Source: the human T2T-CHM13v2.0 reference genome, Homo sapiens
Strand: one strand, 5' to 3'
DNA: 64,000 bases
Assembly: GCF_009914755.1 (NCBI RefSeq)
Contig: NC_060928.1
Below, in pieces: positions 29,341 through 45,850 of this stretch. The notes under the pieces were generated by a model. The model had not been told where the DNA came from, did not search any database, and was given only the letters and a program-made list of their open reading frames with translations. Within the stretch, counting starts at the first letter, position 1. Every line of letters begins with the position of its first letter. The translations under genes and the position numbers were made by a program.

Positions 29341-31728
29341 TCATGGGGTATGGGCGGGGGCTTTCTACAGCTTGGTAGGGAGTCAAAAGACCCCAGGTTT
29401 GATTCAGCTTCTGCCACTGCTTGGAAGGCCTAGAGGCAGTTATCCCAGATGACTTCTGCCATTGGGTGGAGGTTTAGAAAATGCCTAGAGTGATCTTGTT
29501 TTGTGTTTAAGTTGAGGACCGTAAGTCACTGTGTCTGAGTGTCTCGCTGTTGTTATGTGGGAACTTGGGAGGTGCAAATTCTATATGGCTTTCAGCTGCT
29601 TGGTGGAGGCCCAGGAAACACAAGACCTGTCATGTTGATGTTTCTTTCTTATCAAAAACACCTTTCTGTACTCTTATTTCTGTCTACAATTAAACATAAC
29701 ATTTAAGACACTTTACTCTTGGTAGAAGCCAAGACTGAAGGAAGAATATATTTATTTAGATGAAGTTATGAGTATTAACCCTGGTAACATTTTTGGTTAT
29801 GTTTGTTGTCATTTTTTATGCTGTCTTTTGTCTTTACTTGGAGGATATTTCTTTGAACTGTGAGCCCAGTTTTACCGTGCTAGTTGTATTATTTAGTTCA
29901 TTCATTTCACTTACTCATGCCTTTCATGCAGATATCCATGGAAATTAATAAGGAAACACAATAAAAATATGCTGTTGACATACCCAAAGTCTTCTGAAGG
30001 ACAGTGAAAATTTCAACTTTAAAGAATATGAAAATAGGATAAATAAGCATAGAGAAAATCCAATAAAACTTTTATCAACTGAATTCAATAAAAAATACTG
30101 TTTGTAATGCATGTTGAACTGACCTAACTAAAATGTGATTGCTTCTGACTAGTTTAAAGCAAAAAGCTATGGATAAGCTATGCACTGTATAATTTGAAAT
30201 AAATACTCTCTGTCCCTATTTTTCAAATAAAGGTACACTTTTTTTTCTTTAAATGTGAGTATATAACTTTTATGCTTCTTGATTTTTAAAGTAATTTTAT
30301 TGTGCTACATAATTACTTGATAAATAATAAATATCATTAACAACTAATTCTGAACATGTTTGTGCAATCAATCTAATATTTTCTATCCGCTATTTTTCAT
30401 TTTTAACAGTGCTACACATTACATGTACAATATTCATATAAAATACAGTGCATATCTAAAGAAATGCTTTACACATTGTTTAATCTAAATCCTCTATGTG
30501 GCCAGTGTTCTCTGACCTTTTTACCCCCATTACTATGTATTAGGAAATCAGTGGAGTCGCCAGTTACAGAAAGCATAGAAATCCTCTCATTCTTCCCAGT
30601 CTCAGGTATCAAGGTCTTACCACCTCTAGGACCATTCTCCCCTACTGAAGTCAAAAACTTTCCCAAAGTAATTGTTAAACAATCTGGTTCAATTGTTCCA
30701 TGCATTTGATGTAGAAACAGCTTTTTCTGATGAAGATGGACAAAGACATATTCAGACCTACACACCTTCATTATAAGCCTAAATTGCAAAGATTGACCAT
30801 CACACCAAAAATAATGTTCTAATTGATGTTGAATTATAATCAGTTATAATAAATTTTCAGTCCTCCCACATGCTCATATCCCTAACATATTATAACTCAT
30901 TTTAATTTGGATATGTTCTCTACCCTATCAGTCAATGCTTATGTTATTTGTATCTTCTAATGATTAAAATTTTCTGCAACTACTTTCTAGAACAAATTAG
31001 ACTATAAAACGACTGGATTGTTTTTATGTTTACTTCTAATATCAGGACTGAGTTTTTGCTTTGTTTCTCATTTAAATTAATTAGACTCTACTAGATTATA
31101 TCATGTGTGATGCATTCAATACTATTTTTGTATAAACATGAAGTATCGAACTGAACTACTTTTGTTTTGAATTCGTTTCTTGAACAATAGAATATCAATG
31201 TGTAGTTTATAGAATTGTTCTTATCCTTTGATTTCATATGCTAATAGTACAATTATAAATCAAATGTATAATGCCTCTTAATGACAGCAAAGCAGACTTG
31301 TTGAGAAAACAAATTAAGATAAATATTTTGTAGGAAGAGAAATTAACCAATAATATATGAAGCAATTTGGATCTATGAACAAAATGCATAATCCTCCAAA
31401 TCCCCATATCATTTCTAAAATAAAGATAAGCAAATCCATAGCCAAACTATATTTAATTTTGACCAAGGGTTGATTAAAATGAATGGAAGTGGAAGATAAT
31501 ATTTTAATCTTCCCTGTAAGCAAACCCTTTTGACATTGTTTGCAAAAACCAAGCTGGAATATATTTTGTCATGATATGTTATTACAAATAGTTGTAAACT
31601 AATAAAATAATACTTTTTCAAGATTTATGAAAAAATATAAATTTTTCAAATATAGAAATGGCTAAAAATTAATATTGATAACAAAAAGCACGGTAAGTTA
31701 TATTTTAATGCGTATATTATCAGGTAAT

Positions 31729-32222
31729 TATTAATCATTATAGTTTCATAACAAATTACCCCAAAATATTGTGAATTAAAACAACACACATTTGTTATCT
31801 TGAAGATTCTGTGGATCAGTAAATAGCACCATTTAGTTAGGTACCTTTAACTCAAGATCTTTCACAAGGTTGTAATGGAGATGTTAACCAAGGCAGGAGT
31901 CATCTTCAGACTTGACGTATGAAAGCACCACTTCGAAATGCGATCATTGGACTGTTACCTGTTACCTTCCTGCTTTCTTGCCATGTGGGCCTATTCCCAA
32001 CAATGCTGCTTGCTTCTCTCAAAACAAGAACAGAGAGAGAGAGAGACACAAAATGAAAGTCACAGTTTTTTGTAATCTAATCTCAAATCAATCATTTTTT
32101 TGCCAGAGACATTAGAAGGAAGGTATTAGGTCCAACTCACATTCAAGACATAGAGATTACATAAGGATGTAAATTTTAGGAGGCAGAGACTATTGGGGGC
32201 CATTTTAGAAGCTATGTACTAA
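31729..32222 (-). mobile_element. MLT1E/F-like LTR
   Basis: cataacaaattaccccaaaa...ttaaaacaacacacatttgttatct...aaagtcacagttttttgtaatctaatctc...ggaggcagagactattgggggccattttag. Confidence 0.8.
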
Positions 32223-33299
32223 AATTTATTTGTATATTTGGATATGGATAATTGTGTATCATTTTAAAAATGAACAATCTCTAAGGCTGCATAGATTGAT
32301 TTGTTTTATATATCAATATAACTTATGTGATAAAATGCATATGTTTACATTACACATTTAAATAATAATATGGACAAAATGATCACCTAATAAATGTTAG
32401 CTGAAGTTAAATTTATGTGATCTCTGCTCATACATAGGACCCAAATCTCTATTAGAAACTTACCTAAGTGGCAAAACAGTGTCCTGTTTTCCTGCATGTG
32501 TTACCAGCTGATTTGGCTTTCACAGTCAACTAGGGGAAAGCTACCACCACAAGAGATTTCTGCTTGTGGCTTATTCTTTAAGAAAGCATTCTATACACAC
32601 TTTTGAAAATTCTTTGAAAAGTTTCTATTATGCTATTTTGCCACTTATGTTGCTAAATTAGGCAAGAAAAAAACTCCAGAGTGCCAACAGTGCATATGCA
32701 AATGTTCCTATTAACTTATTAAAATGAAGAGCATCCATAACACTGCACTAAACTTTGGAATTTGAATTTGCATTACATCAGGAATGCTAAAGGGTACATC
32801 TTTTGGATATTTTATATGTTTGTTCACTGTGCTTCCCACACTTATTTAAAAATCCTAAATTATAAACTGTTATTAACAAAATTGAACTAATTACTATCCA
32901 AAACTCACCATGTATCTTATAAATAATATGAAACTCCACAGAACCTCAAAAAGTAATAAAAGTAAAGAATACGTTCCTCTTCTGAGGGACAAATAAAGAT
33001 AATCTGTGAAGATAACAGGCTAAACACAGGTCTGCAATTCCCTCCCTCTTACAACTTCCTCTCTCAAATAATAACCATAAAAAGGTGCTGGAAGATTCTG
33101 TATGATGCATTTAACCAGAGCACAATTGACTAATACAAGAATCCCACACAAACTACTATTCATCTGGTAGTGTAAATTGTATTCAGACTTGTAAAGATCA
33201 CAATTGGTAGTAATCATTAAGCTTATATGGAAAATACTTAGAGTCCCTTTACCAAAGTGTCGAGTGAATTAGCAAAAAGAACCCATGATTATAGTAAAA

Positions 33300-34490
33300 G
33301 GTAACAAAATAAGGCGAACACAATATTAAAATATCTAAGTGGAATGATGAAAGTGTAACTGAAACGTAATGATATAAATATTTAATAAAGCTATTGAAAT
33401 AGAGAAGACAAAAGGAAATATGAGCCTGGATCCAAAATTCTAATAGAGATCAAACAAAGCTAGAATTGGTGTGGTTAGAGGAGAAAATAATTTCTGAATA
33501 CTGGAAAGAGTAAAGAAGCACAGTAACCTCTTTGCAGGAACAAAAGACATCATAGATAAGGAGAAAATCATAGAATGGACTCAGAAGCTTTTATTTTCAA
33601 AAAAATTGCATTTAAACTAAATGTCACCAACAATGATGAAAAATAGAATAATAAAATAATGTCAACTGAGTATTGAGAGAAAATAAATTTGTGCATTTAT
33701 TTCTTTTTATCATTTAATGAGTAAGGAACATTTGTTTTCTGTTCAAATAAATATGAAAGAAAGTAATACCAGTGTATCCTTATTAAAGGAAATGCTGAAA
33801 GATGTACTTCTGAAAGAATATCTGACATCCAAAAAGATACAATATGTAAGATTTGACATCTAGGAAAAAAAGACCAAGGAAAGGATGAAACTTCATTAAA
33901 TTGATTACATAAAATAAATATATATTTTTAAATTTGAATTATTAATAGTAAAAATAATATCAATTTAAAAAGCATCTAAATCAAAACGATATTACTGAAA
34001 ATAAAATACTTTAAGATCCTTATTGTACATAAAGTTAGTAAATGTTAAATTTCGGGTTCGATAATTTATTTTTAAATTCTCATCATGATCACTGAGTGTT
34101 TAACATCCTGCAAAGTAAATAAGAAATAGAGAGAAAAGAAAAACGTTACTTAATTCATGTGAAGTCAAGGGAAACAAAGACAAAATAAAATTTTTAAAAA
34201 ATGCAGTACTAATAGCACAAAATAAAGACAATAGAATCAGCCCAAATAATATTTATACCCATGTTCAATGTTAGCAGAATAATCAAGATAGCTAAATGAT
34301 AAAGGATGCCATTAGATTAAAACCAAATTACAAAGCCCTTCAAAAGACAAAAAAAAAATCATAGGAACACAGATAAACTGAAATTCAAAGTTTGGAAAAA
34401 TAACTTCAATGCATAGGCTTTTAGGAACTGAAGTACAGTTAGTATCAGCTAAAAAAAGACGAATATGGCTGGGGGGAAAAACACAGAAGT
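33300..34490 (+). mobile_element. Ancient L1M remnant
   Basis: A-rich; ttattaaaggaaatgctgaaagatgtacttc and caaaataaagacaatagaatcagcccaaataatatt. Weak match. Confidence 0.4.
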
Positions 34491-34506
34491 AAGAGACTTA
34501 TCTGTT

Positions 34507-34908
34507 TACATTAGTTTCCTGTAGCTGCTCTAGTAAGTTATCAGAAATTTCATGGCTTAAAAACAACAGAAATTTATTCACTCACAGCTCTGGAAGCCAG
34601 AAGTTTGAAATGAATTTGACTTGGCTGAAATCAAGGTGCCAGCAAGATCCCATTGCCTTTGGAGGCTCTCAGAAGCAATCAGTTTCTTGCCTCTTCCAGC
34701 CTCTGGTGGCTGTCAGTATTCCTTGGCTTGTGGCTACATCACTCCAGTCTTCAAGGTCAGCCTCTTATCAATATTCTTAACTTTTTCTCATCTACCAAAG
34801 ATCTTCCTTTGCCCTTTTTTTTTTTTCCAGATTCAGAAACATTCACAATTTCTAGAGTTAGGACATGTATATTTTTAGGGGAAGGGAAGCATTCTTCAGA
34901 CTATCACA
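34507..34908 (-). mobile_element. MLT1B/C-like LTR
   Basis: ttagtttcctgtagctgct...ggcttaaaaacaacagaaatttattcactcacagctctggaagccagaag...cttgcctcttccagcctctggtggc...gactatcaca. Confidence 0.85.
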
Positions 34909-35429
34909 GTATCAGCATTTATTTATTTTAAAACATACACTTAAAATATAGACAGTTCAAAGTTTCTACATATGATCAGTTATCTTCTAAACACATAAAA
35001 GTGCATTTGGCTGAATTGCAAAGAAGCTGAAAAATTCTCACATCCTAGTTCCTCACTTCAATAAACTTCTCAGTAATTGATTTGCCTAACAGTTAAAACA
35101 AGTAAGAAAGTAGTGCAAATTTTAATAACATAATTAACAAGTGTGGCTTTATAGACATAAGGTCTATAGATATGAAAAATAAGAAAGTTAATCTCTTTAT
35201 AATAAAAATGGAACATTAACACAGACTGACCATGAAGCATGCATAAAAATGCAAAATTACATCCTCTGTTCATAGTAAATTTAAGATCTAAATAACAAAA
35301 AATATTTTGTTATATTATAGAGGTTAAAAATATTTTATAAAATGGGTTAATAATGGATTAAAACATTTAATTTAATAATTAAAATTATCACATTTCAAAC
35401 CCTGTTGCAATTACAGGGAACAAGCCAAT

Positions 35430-35780
35430 TTTTGTTTATTTGTTTTGTTTTATTTTTCCAAGTCAGATTTATTAAGATATTTACACAAAGTAAACGTTTC
35501 CCTCTTTAACGTACAGTTCTATGAGTTTTGACAAATGCATACAGTCATATAATTACCAGCAAAATCAACTTATAAAAAATGCCCAGTAGGCTAAAATGTC
35601 CCCTTTTGCCTTTTTGTAATCGAACACACAGCCAACCCTTAAGTATACCTGTTTTCTGCTGCTATAGTTTCGCTTTTTTTATCTTTCGTAGACTCCATAT
35701 GATTCTCAGCTCTACATTGAATCATCCAGAGTGTACATTCCTTTTATTAGATCATAGTTTATTATTTATATTACAGTCTT
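35430..35780 (-). mobile_element. L1MB/ME 3' end
   Basis: cagatttattaagatatttacac...gtacagttctatgagttttgacaaatgcatacagtcat. Confidence 0.7.
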
Positions 35781-35959
35781 ATAACTGTACCACTCAACAC
35801 ACCCTTTGTATGAGTCTATTAAAGACTAATTACTGAAATTAGAGAGACTTATAATCTACACTTAGTCAGAAAACATTACCTTCTGATTTATGTTGACTAC
35901 TATGCAATTATGTTTTACTCACTATGTTATTTTTGTATTCTTCCATGATAAGTAGTCAA

Positions 35960-36340
35960 TAATTACTCACTCAACAAATCTACGCAGAGCCCTTCAAGAA
36001 ATGCAGTAAAGCATGGTTTCATTGATTAACAGGGAAAACTACTTTCATATAGTTAATAGATTGGTGAGGGAGGCTGATGTTTATTTTTAAATTGGGATTG
36101 AAATGATTGTTTTAAAGGAGTAGTAGAGTTCTGTAAAGGTGTAAAGGTCTACACCAGGGGAAACATGATTAATATTATTGGCTATCACAATTCTCTGTGG
36201 AAGCGACATTTAAGCCGAAATCCAAATAGCACATGAGTGTTAGATTAAGAGTCTGTGAGATGTATCTGACGGATCTGAACATTTGAACAATGAATAGGCA
36301 TCCAATTATGAAGGGTATTGTATAGTTGTGCTCAACTTCT
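35960..36340 (-). mobile_element. L2 fragment
   Basis: actcactcaacaaatctacgcagagc...ttctctgtggaagcgacatttaagccgaaatcc. Confidence 0.5.
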
Positions 36341-36594
36341 TCTAATACATTTTTTTGCTACAGTAACTAAGAGGGTAAAAACTGAGATCTTAAGTAAAGT
36401 TGAACCTAGGATTCTGTTGATTTTACTTATCTTTGTGAGTTAAACTCATCTATACCATAAATTTAGCAAAAATTAATTTAGGGGGTGGAGAAACACTAAA
36501 TAAAACATCCATATTGTGTATAGAGATTACACTTCATACTGTCTGGTTTTGAGACAACTGCTGAAGGTGTGACTTCCTGATTTATCCTGTAGCA

Positions 36595-38175
36595 GCTTCT
36601 TTTTTCAATTTTATTCAGTTATAATATACATATCATAAAGTTAATGCATGGAATATTTACATATTCCCAGAAAATGTATGTGTCCTTTTGCAGTTAACTT
36701 CTCCTAGCCAGGCAATAATTTTTATCATTATACATGAGATTTCCTTGTTTCAGAAGAATTTCTCGTAAAATCCAGTTGAAAAGAACAGGGATTCTGTAGA
36801 GTGTAATGCTCTGAAAATGTCAATTGGGTCAAGTTGGTTGATTGTGTTGTTGGTTCTTCTATTTATTGATTTGTTGTTTATTTATTCTATCAATTCCTGA
36901 GAAACTGATGACAAAATCTCCTCTGTGATTTTGGATTTTTCTATTTCTGTCACTTATTCTTACCTGAATTTTGATATTTTGATATTTTGATGTTCTGTAT
37001 TTATACCCATACATATTTTGATTGTTTATTCCATATGAATAACAAATAACAACTTTATTATCATTACATTGGCAATCCCTTTGGTTTTTACTTTTTAATT
37101 TTTGCTATTGTTTCTTTGCTTCTTCTATGCTGAATACTTTTTGGTTGTTGTTTAATTTTCTGTCCATTACTCTTGTAGCTATACCTATTTTTTTATTTTT
37201 AGTTGTTGCCCTAATGCTAACAATACGAATCCTTAACTCATCTGTCTAATCAGGGCGGACATTATCCTTCTTCACATTTCAAGATTTCTACCTAAACTTT
37301 GGACTTGCTGCTTTGTTCTTTCCCCTTCACATTAGACATTTCACACTACACAATTCATGATGCATGCTTTCACTTCACAACTGTAATAAATGTACAGCAG
37401 TGTAATTTTGTCTACCTGTCTTTCTCATCCTTTGTGATTGTTGCCGTATCCTTCCCTCCTCAAATGTTACAACCTTATCTTATAGTACTGTTATTTCTGT
37501 TTGCACAGGTACTTTTAAATATACTATGAAATTTAAAAATACAAACTTTTATATTTCCTCTTTCTTACACTTGTTTTGATCTTTATTCCTATGTGTAGAT
37601 CCAAATTTCAATCTGGTACCATTTCCCTTCATCCTTGTAGCACAAGCTTATTAGTGTCAAACTCTCCAAGCCTTTATTTGTCATAACGTCTTTCAAATTT
37701 ACTGTTGTTTTTGAGAGTTATATTGATGGATATTTAATTCTAAATTGACAGAAATTATTTCTTGTTTTTTAGTTCCTTGTGGATATCTACTCATTAATTT
37801 TAGCCATTATTTTTGATGAGAAATGATAATTATTATCTTCATTTCTTATACATAATGTACCTCTTGTCCCTTCCCTAAACTTTGAATTCTTTCAGTTTTT
37901 TTTTTTTCTCATCTGAGATTTTCAATAATTTGAGCACTATGTGTCTATTTACCCTGCTTGGATTTTGGTGAGCTACTTGTTTCAATAGTTCAAAATTTAA
38001 ATTTAGTTAAATTTAGAAAATTTTTAGCTTTCACTTTTATAAAAATGTTTTTAACACACAACATTTCTCATCTCTTCTTTGGACTCCAATTACACATATG
38101 TTACATTGTTTGATATTGTCCTGAACATTCTAGATGCTCATTTTCCTTTAGCTAATTTTTATCTTTCTGTCTTAA
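36595..38175 (-). mobile_element. Ancient L1ME fragments
   Basis: T-rich; gtcaattgggtcaagttggttgattgtgttg, ggactccaattacacatatgttacattgtttgatattgtcc. Confidence 0.65.
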
Positions 38176-40915
38176 GTTTCCTGGTGGTGCCATGAGAAAA
38201 ATGCCTTTTGCATCTGAGACTTATGGTGTGATTTGGGACTCATTCCCAGAAATTTGTTTTCTTGAGCATCCCAAATGATTTTATAAGTTATCTTAAGTTC
38301 TGAAATAATTTCCCTTAAATTTATACAACCTACAGTAGATTAGATTTTCTGAAATCAAACATGTTCTGAAGTTGAACAATATTTAATTGAGATTAAAGCA
38401 TAGTATATAAAGGAATTGGGACACAACTTAGACCTCATACAGAAGATATGTCATATGTGAGCTCTAAACAGTGATCGATATGATCGACAGTTTTCTTGGC
38501 CTATCATGCTGAGAATGGACTATCAGTAAAAGTGAGATGTCAAGAATGAAAGCAGTAAAGAGGTGATGATACTTGGGATAATATAGTATAACAGAGATAA
38601 AAATGTTCCTGATTGAAGATTTGTTTAAGAATATCATTAAATGTTCCTAATGTTCTATTTTATATCAATGTTTATGACTAAAAATTTCTTGGTGCCTATG
38701 GAATTTTGCTCTATAGCTCATACATATATTCTATATTTTATATATATTTACATATAATATATATCATGTTATATTTAAGATTATATTATATATAGTTATA
38801 ATACAAGGTATAATATAATAAGTAATAAAAACATTTCAGTAATAAAGATAATATTGTGTAAGTTTTATGTTTAAACTAATTTTCTTTAAACAATAGGTAA
38901 CGTTTATAGTACTAATTCATAAGACCCAATCAGGCATCATAACATCCAAACATACTATGAATTAAAAATGTTTCTACAGGATCTGGAAAGGAAATTATCA
39001 TGGCAGAAAAGAATAGTGTGCCACAAAATGTATGAGTTGAATTTTTCAAAAAATCATCCATGTAATAGAAATGTCCTACTTTGATGGTTAAATGTCAATG
39101 TATTATTCAGATTGTATTTTATTATTTCAAATTATTCTTATTTAAACAAGTCTCAGAGATACTTAGTTCATTAAGAATCAGATAGCAGTTTCAGCCTTTA
39201 AAGTTTCAATGTGTGCAAAAATAAGACATTGCTGATAAAGCAGTAATGTTATATTTCCATAATATATTCAGAAGTAAAAAAATGATATTTTTGTTTTTTT
39301 AAGCAGCCTCTGGTATAATAAAAATATTTGATTACTCATAAATAATTTCAGAAAACTTGAAGTGTCTTCATTTTGAAGTATCTCTCTTCCTTGTTCATGG
39401 AGAGATGGATGGATAAATTGATAGGTTCTTGGAGCAGAGTAAAATATGAAATTGGAGTTGATACTAAATTTATAATACTACACGTTTCTGATATTTATTT
39501 ATTTCTATTTATCTTTTCATACTACTAGTGATGAAGTTAGGGTCAAGTGGAGAGAGAAAAACTTAGTGTTTTATACAAGGATTAAAACCCTTTATTTAGA
39601 TCACAAAACAATTGACCCAAACCTCTCACAAAATTATTCCCACAGAAGATAAAAATAACCAATCTAATTTTTACCATTATACTCTTGAACAGAGTGATTC
39701 TGAATGTTTGGAACAGTAACTATATATAGAATTTAAAGGATTTCCTAAGTATTTATTAAGATATAATAAACAACTTAGGTCTGTGTTTATAGAATATGAT
39801 GGCCTTTGAAGTAATTTGACATGGTTTACAGTAATTCATATGTTTAAATCTACCATGCTTTTTTACTGTCAGCTAATAAGGAAAGTAACATCAAAAACCT
39901 CCATTATAAACAAAAACAGTTCTTATAATGAGACTCTTCAATGAAACCCCAACACTCTGAACTGCTCTTGCCATCATGAAATACTGAGTTGAAGTAGCAA
40001 GTAATAGTCTGAATGAGCTCATTGATTTAACATTCTACACAAGTAAACCTAAACAACATAGCATCTTTTACTCAAATTAGGCCTACGGTAAAAAGAGGGT
40101 GAATATTTGTACAACTAACTATTTTGTCTCTTTGTTCAATAGATCAGTGATCTAAACTTATTTTGGAACTCTCATGTTTTATTTACTTCTTAAGTCTGAC
40201 ATTTTAAGCTTTAATAAACAACCAGTTTGCCTTAAAGTGCTTAGCAGTCCTTGCTGAAATACAAGCTTAACACAAGAGGTGGCTCCATTTCGGAATTTTT
40301 TTCCCTTTCAATTTTTTTTATATTAAACTTAAAGATAGTATGTGCTATTTTTGTTATTAAAATAAAATTTTAAAGTATTTAAAGTGCAACATTGATGTAA
40401 CTATACTTTTATACACATACAATTTGATAAATTTTTAATATTAAGCATGAATTTAGATCTCCGTTCATAATTATTCACTAGATAACTTTTTGCTAATGAA
40501 ACAAAATCAAATTTGAAATCTCCTATATAATTTTTGTCTTCTTGAAAATATCTGGGCTCCTCAAGATAGGTGTTTTAAACAAATCTATGCAATATGAATA
40601 GATTATCAACGGACATATAAAAATCAAAGGCATAGCAACTGACCAAACTCACCTTTCTATGATCATGGTTTTATTTTGTCCAACGCATTTCAGAAGAAAT
40701 CTCCTATTATATTTGAGTCCTTTCATTGCATTACCTATTGTATCATGTAATAAACATCCAGTCGATGAATAGAAATGATCGTAGATATTTTAGAAAGAGG
40801 ACATTTAGCACAGGGAAGCAGTAAAAAAGTATTGAGATAACTGGAGTGGGAAAAAGAAAAATTGAGTAACCCAAAGATTAGTAATCGCAGGAAACATTGA
40901 ATCTCCTTGGTTCTA

Positions 40916-41727
<812 letters not shown>

Positions 41728-43169
41728 TGTAGCTGAATTTCTGGCATTTTTAACATGTTATTTTTGACAAATGATATAATAAAATTAGAAAAATGCTTTC
41801 AATAACATTCTATAAAATATTATTTTGTATATTACAAAGTCCTGTTTTTTAAAATAATGTGTGACAGGGTCTATAAAGATAAGCTTTTATGTATACTCTA
41901 ATGTTTCAGACGATTACTATTCAACAAAAATGTATTAAATTCAGTGAAACAAATTTGCTTCTTTTGTAATTGCTGGAGGAAAAGCAAATTTATATCATTA
42001 TTTGAATTATTGATAAAATGATATTGAATATTGGGTATTAAATTATTTCTACATGCTTAGAAAAGTATCAAAATAGTTGAAATTGATTGTTGTAAATAGA
42101 ATAAACAAATTACGATTTCTTTTTAATTTATATATGTAAATGGAAAAAATGTTCATGGAAATATTTTACTTGACTATTGTTTTCAGCAAATTTCTATCAT
42201 ATACAGAACATGAAATCTTAAACAGAAATGCCTCAGGAGTATGTCTGTTTGGAGGATGTTTAATAATACTATACAATAGGATATCCTTTTTTCAAATATG
42301 ACTGTAGGCAAGAGGTGACTTCCCACCTATTGAGTTGTTTAATACTTTTCTCATTATTCACCATACAGAACACAGACACAGAACAGTCAGGCCAGAGAGA
42401 GCCAGAAGGCTCCTGTCTCATGTGGCTGTGGTCATTAACCAGTAACATGGGAAGCAAGAATTTCAGGGTGTATGCTGGAGAGGAGCAAATTTTTATTTAG
42501 GAGTCAATGTATGAAAACATTGAACATGAAAATTCTGCATGAGTTCATAAGAAAATATCAATGACTTCAAGTAATTAAGTAAAAGGATCAGGCAAAGAGG
42601 TACAAAATAAGTAGTTCCCAAAATAGAGGAAGCTCTAGACTTGTCCATAAAAGGTATTATTATTTTGGCCTCTAGGTAAAAACTATTCAGTGTCTTTTAA
42701 GTGAGAAATACAGATCTATATCAGAAGCCACTGTGTTTCCATTATACATAATTTATAATAGTATTTATATTCAGAGTTCTCACAAACACTATTATCAACT
42801 ATAATCCCAAATTTGAAAATCATATAGGGTCTTTATCCAAACAAGTTTAAATTGGCTCTGATATTTGCCTTAGCTGGAGCTTATCTCAATATAGATATGG
42901 CCAACATATAAATGCACAGATATGAAAATATATAGTTCACTTTCTTACAGGGATCTATAGCTTGTAGTGCTTCACGGCAAATATGAAAACAAAAGGTTTT
43001 ACTTACAAAAGCTTTATCAATAATGCTTAAATCATTCATGTATATGCTAGGTTTTGTATCAATAGTGTTTTCTCATTATAAAGATTATAGCATACAAATT
43101 TAACTCACATATACAGAGGAGAGAAAACGCAGAATATTTTAAATTAATATCACCGTCAAACACAATTGC

Positions 43170-43340
43170 TGTAATCACTTCCACTTCTTTCCATGAGGTT
43201 AAGAGGGTACATATCCCAGCCCCAAAAAGAACTAGACATAAAATATGAGTGAAAAATTAACCTTTACTGTTCAAAGCTGCTGAGAGTCTAGAGTTGTTTA
43301 TTAACTCAGCTTCATTTGTCTACTCCAAAGATTAAACACA
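43170..43340 (+). mobile_element. MLT1 (H/J-like) 3' fragment
   Basis: atgagtgaaaaattaacctttactgttcaaagctgctgagagtctagagttgtttattaac...gattaaacaca. Confidence 0.55.
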
Positions 43341-44195
43341 GTATTATATGCTTTCTAAAAGGCATACTAAAATATCAATTTTATATATTAAATTTGAGGG
43401 ACATAGGATAAAACATACTAGGAAAATAAAAACAAAAAAGGCAATATTAATATTAATGTCAAACATATGGAAATTTAAATCGATAGCAATAATAAAAGAG
43501 ATACATGTGTGATGAAAAAGACAAAATGTATGTATAATGAAAATTTAATTATAATAAACCATAATCACAAAACGGTATGTAAAATAGACACCTACAGCAA
43601 ATCAATTAAATATTTACGGATATCTTTATGAAATAAATTTTTAATATACAGTTGGAGATGTCACTGTATATTATCTTCACTGTATGTCTTGGACTAAACT
43701 GACCTAAACATAATAATAATCAAAAGTTAGGCTAAAAATAATTGTACAATGCATTTAAGAAAGTGATCAAATAGATGTACAGAGGACTTTACAATACCTG
43801 AATCCAGTACAAATATAATATCAAAACCAGAAAAAAAGTAATATCATATTTATGCTGGATTCAAATATTTCTTTTAGATTTATTGGCTACACCTTTAGAT
43901 TATTTGCATTTGTGTTCATGTATGTGCTTTATTTTTATGTACTTTTTATGTGAAAACTTTCCTGGTTATGATACCAAATGTATACTGGATTCAATATTGT
44001 CCAATGTGTGTGACTATTTGATCACTCTCCTAAATGTTTTGTCTTTGGTTGGAAAGACAATATTATAAAATATGAGTTTCAGGAAACATATCTATTATTC
44101 AAAAATATAATTTTAATCCCTCAAGATTATTAGTTATTTTATTTTTTGGATTTTATAAAGTAATCTCAAATTTCATCTAAAAGAACAAATTTCTG

Positions 44196-44513
<318 letters not shown>

Positions 44514-44717
44514 CTAAAGTATTTCAAATATGAGAGAATATTTATTTCATCAGAGTCACACGTTATAGACTCACTGTAATTACATCAATGTAATACTAGT
44601 AGATGTAGACAAAAGATTAGTAATCCAGTAGATTTCCTTATATAAGAGAAAATATCTTAAATATGACAAATCCACATAAAATATATTTATTTAATGGTTC
44701 TGGCATAACTATCTGAG

Positions 44718-45043
<326 letters not shown>

Positions 45044-45080
45044 GAAGATTTTTTTTTTTTTCAAGATACTAATCTCAGAG

Positions 45081-45412
45081 TATTTTATTTTATTTTATTT
45101 TTTTGAGACAAAGTCTTGCTCTGTCACCCAGGCTGCAGTAAGTAGTGCAGTAAGCAGCGCGATCTTGACTCAATGCAACCTTCACCTCCGGGTTCAAGCG
45201 ATTCTCCAGCCTCAGCCATTCTCTATCCTCAGCCTCTTGAGTAGCTGGGATTACAGGCGTGTGCCACCACAGCCGGATAATTTTTGTATTTTTACTAGAG
45301 ATGAAGGTTCACCATGTTGGCCAGGCTTGTCTTGAATTCCTGACCTCCGGCGATCCACCCACCTCTGCCTCCCAAAGTGCTGGGGTTACAGGTGTGAGCC
45401 ACCATGCCGGCC
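45081..45412 (-). mobile_element. AluSx-like with two internal tandem duplications
   Basis: Full dimer; 12-bp duplication at 45134-45157 and 17-bp duplication at 45201-45234. Flanks atctcagag/atctcacagag. Confidence 0.92.
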
Positions 45413-45569
45413 ATCTCACAGAGTTTCAAAAATAAAACACAGAATTAAACTTTAAAAAACATTGATATATATCTTTTGAAAAAAGTCAACGAAAGTACAT
45501 TTAAATTCTATAAGCAGACACTTACCTAATTAAGATTTTAAACTCCAGAACTCTAAACAACATTTGCAT

Positions 45570-45850
45570 GAACAGGTAACAATCCAGAAGCAGAAAGTTA
45601 AATGCTACATGTTCTCACTCATAAGTGGAAGCTAAATAATCTATACACATGTACACAGAATGTGGAATCATAGACACTGGAGACTTGGAAGGGTTAGGGA
45701 TGGGAAATGACTTAATGGATACAATTATTTAATGCACAACACACATTATTCAGATGGTGGTTACACTAAAAGCTCAGACTTCACCACTATGCAATATATT
45801 GATGTAAAATAACTGCAATGTTTTCCTTAAATGTATATGAACTCTAAAAA
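45570..45850 (+). mobile_element. L1PB4-like 3'UTR
   Basis: catgttctcactcataagtggaagctaaataat...ggttacactaaaagctcagacttcaccactatgcaatatat. Confidence 0.8.

Noticed and set aside
30464-30789. 106-aa and 81-aa overlapping ORFs in unique sequence
   Set aside because: No recognisable domain and no convincing splice sites; lengths are compatible with chance.
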